A stretch of DNA of 63,774 nucleotides, the filler included, from Reticulomyxa filosa (Eukaryota > Protista > Foraminifera), in NCBI GenBank assembly GCA_000512085.1. It is 20 parts of 20 records of this genome, joined end to end, with 100 filler letters (N's around TTAATTAATTAA, not from the genome) between each part and the next. Parts side by side here need not be neighbours in the genome. Positions count along the whole stretch, not along the records: positions 25,869 to 35,871 come from ASPP01018284.1; positions 35,972 to 37,327 come from ASPP01003130.1; positions 37,428 to 40,885 come from ASPP01021755.1; 17 more parts are not named here. One strand, given 5' to 3'. Each line of letters opens with the position of its first letter. Within the stretch, counting starts at the first letter, position 1. The notes under the pieces were generated by a model. It did not search any database and was not told the origin of the DNA. It was given only the letters and a program-made list of their open reading frames with translations. Position numbers and translations under genes: made by a program. Below, one piece after another: positions 25,869 to 38,839 of this stretch.

Positions 25869-28514
25869 CAAATTCAAATTCAAATTTAAATTCAAATCAA
25901 CAACAAACTCAAAATCAAAATCAAAATCATTGTAATGATCCTGTCAACACTGGTGACAATGCAATCGCTATTTCGCCTTTGGCTTGCGCTGCACAGTCAA
26001 CATTCACGTCCGCTCCGGTGGATGTGTGTGCCCCTTCGGGGGTCTCTCTTGTTTCCCCTTCGGCCCTCGTCGCCGCCGCGTCCTCCTCGGCAGCGAATCA
26101 CAAAACAACAGGGGTCTCCGCTCTCACTGACGCTCCTCCTTCTTCTGAGTCTTTGTTGAATCACTTTCGACGGGACGACACTCCAAAGCGTAACAAACCC
26201 AACGCCAAGCCCAAGGGCAATAAGTTGCAGGCTGCTAAAAAAAAAGACAAACATAAAAAAAAAGCAAAAAAAGACTCTGATGTAGAGATGAGTTGGGAAT
26301 AAGCAAAATACATAAATACATATACATATATATATGTACATATAAATATATATATATATATAAATGTATATATGTATGTGCAAGCAAACAACGACATCAG
26401 TTATAAAATAAAAATTAAATCATACCTACAGAAGGGGCAAGCGATAACGAACAACAAACAGCACAGCTTGCCAAATACCCTTTTTTACTTCCTAAAGATA
26501 ACTTTGATGTTGAAACTCAAATTCGATACGGTGCGTGCATTTGCGTATGTCTTTTTTTTTTTTTTTTAAAAATAACAACTTCGACACAAACTAATAAACA
26601 AATAACAAACAATAAACAAAAAGATGACAAAGTAGTCACTTTAAAAACATCTGTTTCAACGCGTACGCTCGTAAAAAGCGGTGCGAGTCAATACTATTCA
26701 CTAGTCGAACAGTTTAACGGTGACAAAATCTTGTGGAAGACTGAAATTCCAGCACGTGTTGTCACGGCTGTCACAAATAGATCACAAACTATTGTTGAGA
26801 CATATACATATATATGTATATGTATATATGTGTAGAAATGTATATGTCTATTATGTGTATGTCTATTATGTGTATTACTAAACCCGCTTTGATATTTGAC
26901 GCTTATGTGGTTTGATACAAAAACTACAGTTAGCAACGTATAAAGGAGAGCTTTATTGGCTATCGAGTTGTGGACGACATGCATTTCCAGTGATCGAACT
27001 GAAAAAGAGATTAATGTGTTTGTATTTGTCGCCAGAGTCAAGCCAGACAATGAAAAACTTGTTTTGGCTGAAGAATTACGAGAGCATCCATTCCACTTGC
27101 TTGCGTGCGTTTTCGAACGCAGATAGCCATTGCGACAGTGCTGCCAATCACAGTGGCAATGACAAGGGTAATCACTACGGCTACCGAAACGCTCATGACG
27201 ACGAACGACGGAACGACAACTCTTTCCACAATGACTTTCAACAGCTGTGGAGTGATTATGCCAACAATTTGCAATCTTGTGCAAACCACAGCTTTGCTGC
27301 GCAAATGAAACTCAATTGCTCGCATTTGCTGGTATTGACCAGAGACTTGTTGCTTCGCGTTTGGAAAATACGCAACAATGGCCGAATTAATGTTGAAAAA
27401 GCTTACAAAATTGACATTTCCTCGTTTTCCAAGAAAAACTTGAAAGTTTCGACACTTGTGTATTTCACAAAATAAAATAAAAACCATCATATATACATAT
27501 ATGTATATATGTATATATATACGTACATACGTCAAAAAAAAAAAGAATATTTGGGTAAACATGCACGGAGAACCGATGCTTCATTTCGCAGATGACAGTG
27601 TATATTGTTATAATCGCAATTTGGAAGAATGGCTGAGATTGACAGACTCCACATATTGGGCATCGTATCTGCGCTGGAACGAAAATAAACACGATTCCGC
27701 AAACAAATCGGGTGGGCTTAATCGCAATCGTCAAAGCCCCACTCGTTATAACAGCAATACCAAACAACCTAACAAATCGCAAGTGAGCAACAACACCGAG
27801 ACCATCACCAATGTCAATATGTCATGCTGTGACATTTTGTGTATGGGTAGAGCATCCGCAAACGTCTCTATCAACGATTTAGTAAATGTGCCCGAAGATG
27901 TGCAGCTGCTGCACACTCTAAGTCATTTGGAAGTTTTGATTATTTGAAAAACATACACAAACAAGGGAGTGTGTTGTTTGAGGAGGAGAGAGAATAATAT
28001 CACTAAAGGAGTATGCAATATGAATATTGGTTGTTAACAGCTGCAAATTGCAACTGCCTGTTATTTTGATGACATAAAGGAGATTCAACGCTCTTTTCAC
28101 GAACTTGTTGACAGTAAATTATTTTTTATTTGCTTTTTTTTTTTCATTCCATTTCTTTTGCTTTCAATGATTGTTCATATACTCTGTTTTCAGTGTTGTT
28201 AGAACGCAGTCATTTGCCAAACCTGACATGCATTCGAATCAAAGATATTTGCTTACAAGTGTTATATGAAGTCAAGTTGCACATATTTGGTGGTGCTGAA
28301 ACAGGCCAAAAGGTAAAAAACACTTTTTATGGTTTGCTTTTTATTATCTCTTCTCTTTTTATTATTTGTTTTCCACTATATCCGAAAATAGATCTCAAAC
28401 ATCGATGGCAAAAAAAATTTATTGAAAGATATTGCAACCAAGCTGGCACAAACCAAACCACTAAGCGATTTTTCACAATTTTTGTTGGATGAATTGGAAA
28501 CGCTACAATTATAA
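25869..28514 (+). CDS. HIRA: HIRA histone H3.3 chaperone, C-terminal part, multi-exon
   Basis: Hira-domain motifs in order: [74 protein letters not shown]. Confidence 0.8.
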
Positions 28515-29105
28515 TTTGACACATAAATTATAACTTAATTTATTTTCAAAAATTAAAGTCTTTTGAATGCAAGGCAAATGCCTTGTTCCAGTCAAACTTA
28601 TTTAGCTTACTTTTTGAAAAAAAAGCAACAAAGGGATGTTTTCTCAACAAGAAAACTTAATTTAAAAATTAATATGCTCGATTTTCGACATGACCATTGT
28701 TTTCATCTTAATTATTTATTGCGCATTCTATATTTATTATAAAAAACCAGTGACAAAATGGAAAAACTTTTTGCCAATAGGTTTTTTATTGGTTCTCACC
28801 TTGTAAAAGAGCTATTCCGAAAAAAAGACCTCATTTGATGAAAGATGAGCAATTGTAAAAGGGTCTAAATTTTCAAATATTTAATAATTGACAAATTCTC
28901 TTCCTTTTTATGGAAGTATTTGTGACTTCCATTAAAAAAAATCTTTTCTAAGGAAGAGATGGAAAAGATTGGGCATAGCGAGAGAACAAGGTAATGAAGA
29001 AAGAAAAGATAGGAAGAAAAAAGTAATTTTTTTTCCAAATCAACAAGATATTGTTTCAAACAACAGACAACTCTCCACTTTTTTGCATTTGATCGTTCAA
29101 GTAAT

Positions 29106-29859
29106 TTACGTATTGTTGTTATTAGTTGTTGAAGGGGCTTCTGATGATGGTTTTGGAAGACCCTTTCGTCCAAATGTAGACGCATAGTTCTTAGGGACAG
29201 GTTTTTTGTGTTTTGCTGAAATAACATCATATTCAAATCCTGCATTACACACAATTCCAGCACAACAAAGAACATTCATCCATGTGACCAACAAGATGCT
29301 TAAAAAAGTACGAGAAACACAAATATGCCCACATACCATTGCTCTCGCACCAAAAAATAGCCTTTTCCAGACTGTCAAAGATATTATTGTTAATCAGCGA
29401 TTGAAAAGGATCTCTGGTCGAATTCCATCCCATCAATGGGTTGGTCCAACGTTGACCTTTGTTCTCCGGCTCGACGCACCATCTACCGACTTTTGACGTC
29501 CCTTGAGTATATGCATTACGCGCGGGTGAATAGATACGCATTTTCCGGCCTTTTTGAGACTCTGGCCTGTCACTAATGATATGACTAAAAGGTTCGGCCA
29601 CTTGTGATCCGCTTTGATGTTGTGGCTCTGACTCTGTCTTGCTTTCTTCTTTTTTGTCGCTGGGTTTACCTGTTTTTTTTTAAGTTACTTTCAGTTTGTT
29701 TGGGCTCTCGTGTGCTGTAGAACATTGCGAAGGAAGATAAGTGCGTAATCTTTTTGTCACTCGACTTGTTGTTTCTCCAGCAAATGTCCTTAGTGACGGC
29801 CTCAATGTCCATGACCGATAAATGACTTTTGAAAATTTTGATAAGGTGGACGAAGACAT
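29106..29859 (-). CDS. NDUFS4: Complex I accessory subunit NDUFS4 with mitochondrial presequence, 3 exons
   Basis: RKMRIYSPARNAYTQG, RWTNPLMGWNSTRDP, FDSLEKAIFWCESNG|FEYDV, KNYASTF; Arg/Ser/Thr-rich N-terminus. Confidence 0.93.
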
Positions 29860-30106
29860 TAGAATGTTCAGATTTGATAGAATTAAAAAAAAAGTTACGT
29901 TCAAACACCTTTTGGCTCTTCCTGTTCTTTTTAAATATCTTATACAGCAGTAGCAAAGAAAACTTAGCAATTGACTAAATACACGTGGCAAAAACCAAAA
30001 CGCACTAACTAAAAAAAATACAAAACAAAAAAAAGGGACTAAAAGCGGAAGCAATTTTTTTCAACATACGTTTGAAATTTCAAAACAAAATAAATAAAAG
30101 AGAATC

Positions 30107-31446
30107 ATGGTTAGAAATGTTTTTGATTTTCTATCTATGGCCATGCAAACATTGTGTTTTAATGTATGGGTGATGTTTGCTAACAACTGTAGAGCAAAGA
30201 TCAAAAGTCGGCAACACAAGATTTTTTGGACACCCAACAATACGCAATTCAATCAGTATTGCGTTATGAGCGAATGTTTGGAGAAAACTTTGTGAGCACA
30301 GGAGGTTTGGAAACCACTGCGCACTTCACTTCTTTACTCGATTTGACTCGAGGACAGAAGGTTTTAGGTATGTAAGTTTTGCCTTTTGCCAACGAAAAGA
30401 AATAAATACGCACACTGATAAATAACAAAAAAAAAAAAAAAAAGACGTTGGATGTGGTATTGGTGGTAGCGCTTTTCACATGGCAAAAACATATGGAGTC
30501 AACGTCCATGGAATTGACTTATCAAAAAACATGGTACACATCGCAGAGGAACGATGCAAGACATTGACATTTCCCAAAGACAGTTAAACCGTAACACACT
30601 ATTGTATATGTGTGTATGTGTATATAATATAGATGAGGTGGAAGGTGTAATAAGAGAGAGGAGGAGGGCAAATAATAATTTTTTTTAATACACCACGTTT
30701 TCTATGAATTAAAAAAAACAAAGTAAAAGTTACGTTTGAAATATGCGATGCAACGACTAAGGAATATCCGGAAAATTCCTTCGATGTGATTTATTCAAGA
30801 GATGCGATTTTGCACATCTTTGATAAACTCACTTTATTTCGAGTTTTGTGTTTGGCGGAGTCTTTGCTTTTATCTGTTTCTTTGTTTCGTTTTGATGCTT
30901 TTAACGCATAGAGCATACAACAAACATAATAACAGCAATTTTACAAATGGTTGAAGCCTGGTGGAAAAGTGTTCATAACCGATTACTGCTGGGGAAGTAA
31001 ACCTCATTCTGAAAAATTTGTGGATTATGTAAAACAAAGAGGATATCATTTGCTTACAGTAACGGAATATGGAAAGACTTTGGAAGTTTTGTCATTGTAA
31101 ATGATTCATAATGTCTTTTTTTTTTTTTTGAATTTTAGAAATAAAAAAGTTGAACATGCGGGGGTCCGTGAACTTTTGATACAATAGTGGGCTGGTTTAA
31201 TAAATGTCGTTGCACGTGATGTCACAATTGAATTTATGCAAGTCCTTCGCAGAGAATTAAAACATTTTAGCAGCGAGGAACAGAAAAAAAAAATTCTTGA
31301 AGGAATTTAGTAAAACAGATTACGATCACATTATGGAGGGATGGCAAGACAAGTTAGACCGATGCGCTGATGGAGATCAAAGATGGGGCGCATTTTATTG
31401 TGAAAAACCATGCCGAACTTACTTAAATATTATGGCAAGGATGTAA
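30107..31446 (+). CDS. PMT: Phosphoethanolamine N-methyltransferase, single SAM domain; one +1 frameshift in the A10 run near 31284-31293
   Basis: [23 protein letters not shown]|[48 protein letters not shown]. Entirely missed by the ORF track. Confidence 0.92.
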
Positions 31447-31753
31447 TGTAATGTTGTAAAGGGGTTGTGCATTTATGTGATTTATCTTATTATTATTTTC
31501 GTTTGTTTTTGTTTGATATGGATCCACTTAATCAAATGAATTAAAAAAGTGAGGTGGGTATTTGGTTGCACGATTTTTCTATCCCCTAAGTGCGTTTTTT
31601 TTTCTTTATTATGTTCAAAAAAACTGAATACCTCATCTGTCAAATAGTATTTTTAAAATGACGTGTCCTTTTTGCAAAAATTTCGATCTTTTTTCTTTAT
31701 AAAATTTTTATATTCATAAATAAAATTTTCAAAGATAACTAAATCTAAAAAAT

Positions 31754-32926
31754 TCATTTCCAAAAATGAACTACTCTGTCCAAAGAGCTTGAAACAATTG
31801 TATTTCCATCTGGTGAAACCGCTATTTCTGATACTCGTTCTGAATGTCCTTCCAATTTTTGTATTTCATTTCCTGAAGTCACATCCCATAAACAAATTGT
31901 ATTATTGGCAGAACATGATATAATAGTTTGACCATCTGGAAAATATTTTGCATTATACACAGCAGTATGCTCTTGTAATTTTTTCAACTCTTTTCCTTCT
32001 ATATTCCATATTCGAATTGTCATATCACCTGAACACGATATAATATATTTATCATTTGGAGAAAAGCTTGCTTTTATTACAGGGCCGTAATGTCCTATCA
32101 ATTGTTTTAATATTTCACCTGATTTTGCATTCCATATAATAATTGTTTTATCATACGATGCCGATACAATCATTTTACCATCAGATGAATATGATGTACT
32201 CCATACTTCATTTAAATGGCCTGTCAATACTTGAACTAATTCTCCAGAATTTATATTCCATATTCGTACCATTTTATCCGATGAACCAGACACAATATAT
32301 TTACCATCTGGAGAAAAACTTACATCTAATACCAAACTTAAACATCCTTGTAATTCCATTACATGCTTCCCCGATGCAACATTCCATAATCTAATTGTTT
32401 TATCCCATGAACATGATGCAACGTATTGGCCATCGGGAGAAAATTTTGCGTTACTGACTCTATTCGAATGCCCTTCGATCACTTGAATTTGTTTTCTGGA
32501 GACAGCACCCAGTATTCGAATCTGACGATATAATGAAAAAAGAATCTTGCTACCGTCAGATGAAAATTAATGGATATTACTGTATTATCAAATTCTTGTA
32601 AAATTTGAAATAATTTGAAACATTTGGTCTGTGTTTCGAATGTGTGCTTTAGTTAAAAAAAAGGAAACAATAGCAAAACACACAAAAATAAATAACTTAA
32701 CATGTTTAGCTATTATTTTGCTAAAATAATCAATCCATCCTGCTTGAATATGAAAAATTCGAAGCCAGTTTTGAATTATTATTTTGGTCTCTTTTTCTGA
32801 CTTTGACCAAAATTATTGGTTTGCGTTAAGTACAACAACTAACGTAGCGAAAGAAGAGAGAAAACATACCAACTGTGGTATTCTCTTGCTCTTCTCGGTA
32901 TCAAAGAAAGGAAAGCTTTGGATCAT
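31754..32926 (-). CDS. WD40-repeat protein (leader exon, 99-nt LGWI-type module, about 7 WD repeats); 1-nt frameshift near 32565
   Basis: 242-aa WD ORF; exons 32870-32926 and 32702-32800; paralogue of the gene at 2019-3192. Confidence 0.88.
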
Positions 32927-33655
32927 TGGACAATGTTCAAAAAAATGAATAACAAAAAGGGATTTTGAGACAAAGTTGGTTCATTTTCTTTTATTGTTTA
33001 GTGAAAACATTTGCTATCCCAACAAACAAATCAAACCATTACTAAAACCATAATATAAGCAGAGCTAAGCACTTTCTCATTTTCATCAGTACTCTTTAAA
33101 TTTTGATTAAAGAACAATAAAAGGGCATACTACTGACAATTTTGGATGATTTTTTAAATCTTTTACTCAAAAAAACACTCAATGGGAAAGTGTGCAATTA
33201 GCTTTAATTTGCTCAATTTCTCAAGGCAGGAGCAAACTTTGATTACATTGTACTGTAACTGGCAAGTTCTATTTAGAAATACATAAGCTGTGATATTCCC
33301 GTCAAATTGCCTTGGACAGCCCGATATCAACGAGCCATTTTGTATGTCCAGGTATATTGATCAGGTTACAACGTAATGTTTACTACAAAGCATTAGCATT
33401 GAACTAATTCTTAAAGTACCTAAATACTGTCACTTGAACTTAACAAGAACAACAATCGGGGACAAAGATTCTTACTGATATTGCATTGTTTTTTTAAATT
33501 AAGATATTCAATTTGATCCCAGCACAGAACCTTTGAATTCTAAAGTGAATCAGCTTATTTCAAACTAGCAAACTAGAATTATTAATAAAGTCCAATAAAC
33601 TACATTATTCTAATTGAAACACTGACAAAACAAAAAAATAAGAAAAGTAGCAAAA

Positions 33656-34904
33656 TTACTTTCGCATCCTATTAAATGGTTTTGGATCGATATTTTTGAT
33701 ATCATTTGGTGATAACTCAATACCATGGGCCGCAATTCTGCCTTTTCCACCTTGATTAACTTTATTTTGATTTTCCCCAATACATGTGATAGTTCCAAAA
33801 GTCTGTTCGAGCGCATTAGAATTTGATTGAGTTTGGCATTGAAATTGTATCAATATCGATCCTCCACTTCCACCACCGCCATTAGAGGAGCCTCCATTGG
33901 ATTGAATACAGCCATGGTTGATCAATTGTTGTTCAATGATCAGTTCAATTATTCCACCACCACTACAAATCCGCGCTTACCCTTTCCAGGACCTCGATTA
34001 CAAAAATATCCCAATTCTGAGCAATCAATTTTGGAGCAAAGAATGTTTGATCCATAAATGACTTGCTTTGATTTTTAAAATGTCCAAGTTCTTCCAAAAT
34101 CGCATCGCGATTGCAATCAACAGTTAATATGTTATTTTGTCCAAGTAAAAATATTCCCAAGTTGTAATTACTTTAAAAATTACTTTGATGATGCTCTTTA
34201 AATTATCTATTTGTTTCTGTCATGTGTTTTTTTTAACCACTCAGAAAATTAAAATTAAATTTTTTTTTTTTTTTTTTAAAAAAAAAAGTAATTACATTCA
34301 ATTGTTGAATTTGTCTCTTTTGTTCGTCGTCATTCTCTTTCAACTGTCTTATTTGTTGACGCATTGCACCCAATTCACTTTGAATATTCAATAGATTATT
34401 TTGTTGAATTGGCATTAAATTGCATGAATTATTCAAATGATCTTTCATTTCTTTTATCTTTCCTTTGTAATTGCAGTTACATTTTCCATATTCTTCTTTT
34501 TCTCCTGATTTCCTTCCTCCATTTGATTGCAAGTATATATTCAGATCATATTGTCGAGGGCAAATCACCAACAGATCTGAAACTTGTTGTCTTGCCATCT
34601 TATTTTTTGAAAAATCGCAATGTTCGTGTTGTCCAATTGGACATTTTCCATTGTTTTGTTTTAAATAGGTTTGTAAACATTCTTCTCCCACCAAATATAC
34701 ATGTTCTGCATTTTCATGCTCATCACACTGCAATTCCATTGCACTATTTGCAATCCGATTACAAAGACAGCAGATTAATGTGTCAAATTTTTGTTGTTCA
34801 TTTGTCAAAGAAATCCAGTCTTTATTGAAGCAGCCACAAACCAAAAACACTTCTTTTTTGATTTCTATCTTTTTTTCTTCTTCTTTTGCATTCAAGGCCA
34901 ACAT
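33656..34904 (-). CDS. Variant RING plus TRAF-type zinc finger, coiled coil and Gly-rich C-terminal domain; 3' part appears disrupted
   Basis: CCLC..IANSAMELQCDEH..VGEEC..CPI, LLVICPRQ, CNYKGKIKEMKDHLNNSC; GGGGSGGSILI and GGKGRIA. Confidence 0.75.
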
Positions 34905-35971
34905 TTCTTTTTATTATACGCCTAAAGTTTTTTTATCTAAAATTGTGTTAGAAAACGATAACTTTAAGTGCTACGTTTATGAATGAGTGTTTATCCTTCA
35001 TGGAGAAAGGCAAACACTTTATACATTTTTAATTACTAAGTATTCGTTATACTCTTAGTAGCTTTTTTCTTTTTTTATTCGAGAAATCAATGACTAGTTA
35101 CAAATCATACAACTACAAAGAACGTTTCATAAACTTGTATTATGTTTTAAATGTTAATTTAAACATTAACACTTCTGACCCATAATATTTATTCATTTTA
35201 CAACTATCCATACACTTTTGGACATTAATCGCCCCTCTCGCTCATTTGCTTTTTTGTTCATGCACGAATACTGAGTTTTTTGTTCAATAACTAGAAAATC
35301 CTCGAATTTTTTTTTTAAGATTCATTCGCTATGTGTTCAAATTTTTGAATAACTTATTACAGCGGCTTGCAATTTTTTTGATTGTGGTCAAGAAAGATAA
35401 GCATAATATGATAGCTTGCCCTTTCGTAACAAACGTAGTTTATTCTTAACATTCTCTCCATTGAACCAAATGTGGAGGATTACTAATTTTTTACTGTACT
35501 CCGCAAATCCTCTTGATAAAACTAAAAATGAAATAAAACACTCCAAATAAAATTAAAGTAATGGAAGGAATTTGATTTAAAATATTTTTAAAAATTATCC
35601 AAATAAGATAACAAGTCTCAAGTGAAAACAAAAAAATATAAATATAAAACATATAAAACTTAAGTAACAAAGCAACTCCAGTTTCATGTAATGAACTTGT
35701 AATGAGCTGATATTGAATTGTATTCATCGTAGAAGAATTTTGATTACAGATTCGGATTCCCCAAGATCTCTAGTATATATAAATGAAAAAATCATGATTG
35801 AATTTTGATGATTGAATTATATGGACTCAATGATGTCGCAACCTATCCCAATGTAAAAAGTAAGCTTAATGNNNNNNNNNNNNNNNNNNNNNNNNNNNNN
35901 NNNNNNNNNNNNNNNTTAATTAATTAANNNNNNNNNNNNNNNNNNNNNNNNNNNNNNNNNNNNNNNNNNNN

Positions 35972-36511
35972 TGGATTGAAATTAGCATTCCAGGTGAAAT
36001 ATAGAAACATTCAAAAGATATCATACATACAGTCAAGATGAAGATGATCAAAGAATGCCAGCAATAGTTTGTTTTAATTTGGAAGAATTTGAAAAAGAAT
36101 TGAAAGAAGCAAAAAAGATAACAGATTTTATTATAATTGGGGAGATTGGAATGCACACCATTCTAGACAAAAATATTGATGATATGGGTGAATCGGTGAT
36201 GGACTTTATCATTAACAAATAATGAATTCCAGCCCATTTGAGCATACCTATGAAAAAGATGGTTCAATCACCTATTGATATTACTTTGTGGTGCAATAAT
36301 TGGAGGACAGACAATGATGAATTGGATTTGCATTCAGATCATCTTCCAATCACATTGGTCATCTCCAGAAATCAAGAAACAAAAAATTGAAACGTGGAAT
36401 TTAAGAAGCGATAAATGGGATTTGTATCGACAAACAATTGGAATGAAACTGGGAGAATGGAGAAATAATAATCAACAATTATTGAAGAAACGAAATAACA
36501 TTACCAATTAG
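35972..36511 (+). mobile_element. Decayed non-LTR retrotransposon apurinic endonuclease region
   Basis: Broken WIEISIPG, KKITDFIIIG.DWNAHH, NIDDMGESVMDFI, SDHLPI; matches the copy at 52740-53060. Confidence 0.75.
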
Positions 36512-36855
36512 TTGAAATTACAGCTGTGATTGATATGAACAAAGATGAAGAAATGAGTTGTTATCCATTATGGGATGAGTATCATCAAATGGATATCACT
36601 GGTTTTTTTGAAGAATAGATGATGAACATAATGTGATATCAATGCTTGATATCGCATTATCATGAATGTGCTGCTTATAATGCAAATTCTGTTCTAGTAT
36701 TTGGCCTTGGAATAAAATCCGTTGATATTATTCTGGAATACAAATAGACTATTCTTAACGTTAATCTAATCTCTTGCCAATCCCCATCTGCAGCAATATT
36801 GGATTAATTGATTGCAATAATTGCTGGAATGATTTTATCTATGCTAATTCAAGTT

Positions 36856-37327
36856 TTAGAGATAAGATTTCATCTTATTAGGAATGCGAATCACTTTATG
36901 CTGCACAGAATTACTTGGATGTTGCCCACTACATAACACACATTTGTGTTTGCTTGGGTTGTTCTTGTTTCTGCATTTCGCTGCTTCGTGATTAGCCAAC
37001 CCGCAATACTTGTACGCTTTCCGTTTCTTTGGACATTCACGAGTAATATGGCTCAATCTGTTGCAGTTACTGCATTGCCTGAAATGCGACTTTGGTCTCG
37101 ATTTATTTCTATCAAATGGTTCCACTTTCACCATTGAATATCCAATCTGAATGTCTTTTAATATCTTAATGATCTTCAGTCTTGGATAACATCACTTTAA
37201 CAATTGGCATCTTATTGGATCTTTTCACTTTTTGTATTTGATATCCATAATCTTGGGAATTCGATAGCCTGGAATTTGAAATATCAATCCCATGACGTTA
37301 ATTGCTGAACGGTTGATTGCAGTGCAG
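36856..37327 (-). mobile_element. Non-LTR ORF1 (gag-like) fragment with three zinc knuckles
   Basis: QCSNCNRLSHITREC, YKYCGLANHEAAKC, CVLCSGQH. Confidence 0.75.
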
Positions 37328-37427
37328 NNNNNNNNNNNNNNNNNNNNNNNNNNNNNNNNNNNNNNNNNNNNTTAATTAATTAANNNNNNNNNNNNNNNNN
37401 NNNNNNNNNNNNNNNNNNNNNNNNNNN

Positions 37428-37621
37428 TCTTTGTGATCTTCGTGTTCATTACATATTATTTCCATTGCATTATTTGCAATTTGTTTGCATAATAAACATT
37501 GAAAATTTCTCAAAAGTCTTGGTTTATTGGAAGAAGAGACCCAGTTCTTGTCATAACATCCTTCAAGAGAGAAAGTGTTTAACTTTTTAGCTTTGGCTTC
37601 TTCTTCATGTAGCAGTAACAT
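37428..37621 (-). CDS. Variant RING-TRAF family protein, N-terminus only (contig edge)
   Basis: GCYDKNWV...FQCLLCKQIANNAMEIICNEH; paralogue of 34233-34904. Confidence 0.75.
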
Positions 37622-38839
37622 GCTAGTCAGTTTTTTTCTTTTTTTTAGTCAACGTAAAGGGGCGCATTCAATTTCATTTTACATAAATATAGACAAAGAT
37701 AAATTTATTTCTTTTTGAAAAATAACTTGATTTTATGTCACAAAAAGAAATATTGAAAATAATTTTATTTCAATTTTTTTTTTGGAGTAGATTTTTCTAG
37801 AAAGAAAAAATTAGAGTAGAAAAGTGAGTTTTTTTTCAATAATCCAACCAAAAAAAAAACTCGTCCTTTTTACCGAGTAAAACATTTTGTTGACATCTTC
37901 ACTATTAAATACAAACTTGATGTCCTGAATTAAAACAGCCAAATGCATTTCATTCAATTATTCAATTAATTCATTAACAAAATGTTCCATTAAATGCTAT
38001 TTTTTGCGGCACTTTTGCATTATTTGTGTTTTGATAAATTTGATTCAAAGACAATTATTTGAACATCAAATAAAAAACTTTTCAATCCTAATTTGATTAT
38101 TTTATCCACAATGAATCTAAAGTGAGCATTATAATATTAATTTGAAGAATCAAAAGGTGACAGTAGAATGCAAAAGAAAGTTGAAACATAAAACGACGTC
38201 TTTTCATGAAAAAACAACGTACTGATCTAATTTTTTAATTTAAAAATATATACGAATTGTGTAGTTTTTAAATATAATTTTTTTTTTTAAATCTTTACTA
38301 ATTGTTTGAAAAATTTAAACCCTTTTTTCGACAGAATTTTTGTTTTTATAAATAATTGCGTTTATTGATTGTTTGTTTTTGCATTTGCAGTTTTTATTAA
38401 AATTATTTTGATTTATTTTTAAGCAAAATCTGAATTTTGAAAAATTACTTCAACTCAAAGACAAGATTCAAAGAAAAAAGTATATATCTCTTAATCATCT
38501 TGATCACATTTCGGTCATAGTTGAAAAAGTAAGATTTCGAAGTTGAAAGATCATACATCTCAATATATCTCGAAAGACCAAGCATGTATAAAGAGTTTTC
38601 TTCAAGTAACAGGCCAAGACAAAGTCCGACAAAGAAATTTTCAAACCAAATTTTATTTTATTTAGTGTAAAAGAGTTGTTAATTCAACTAATTTTTTTAT
38701 TGCTTGTCGTCTGTTTCTTTCTTTAAGTAGGCAACCGGTGGAGAAGGCCTCTTGTAATAAGTACAAACGGCTAATTCGATCTTTGATGAAGCTATCTAAC
38801 CACAAATACTAATCTTACTTCTTAATCCTTCAATACAAA

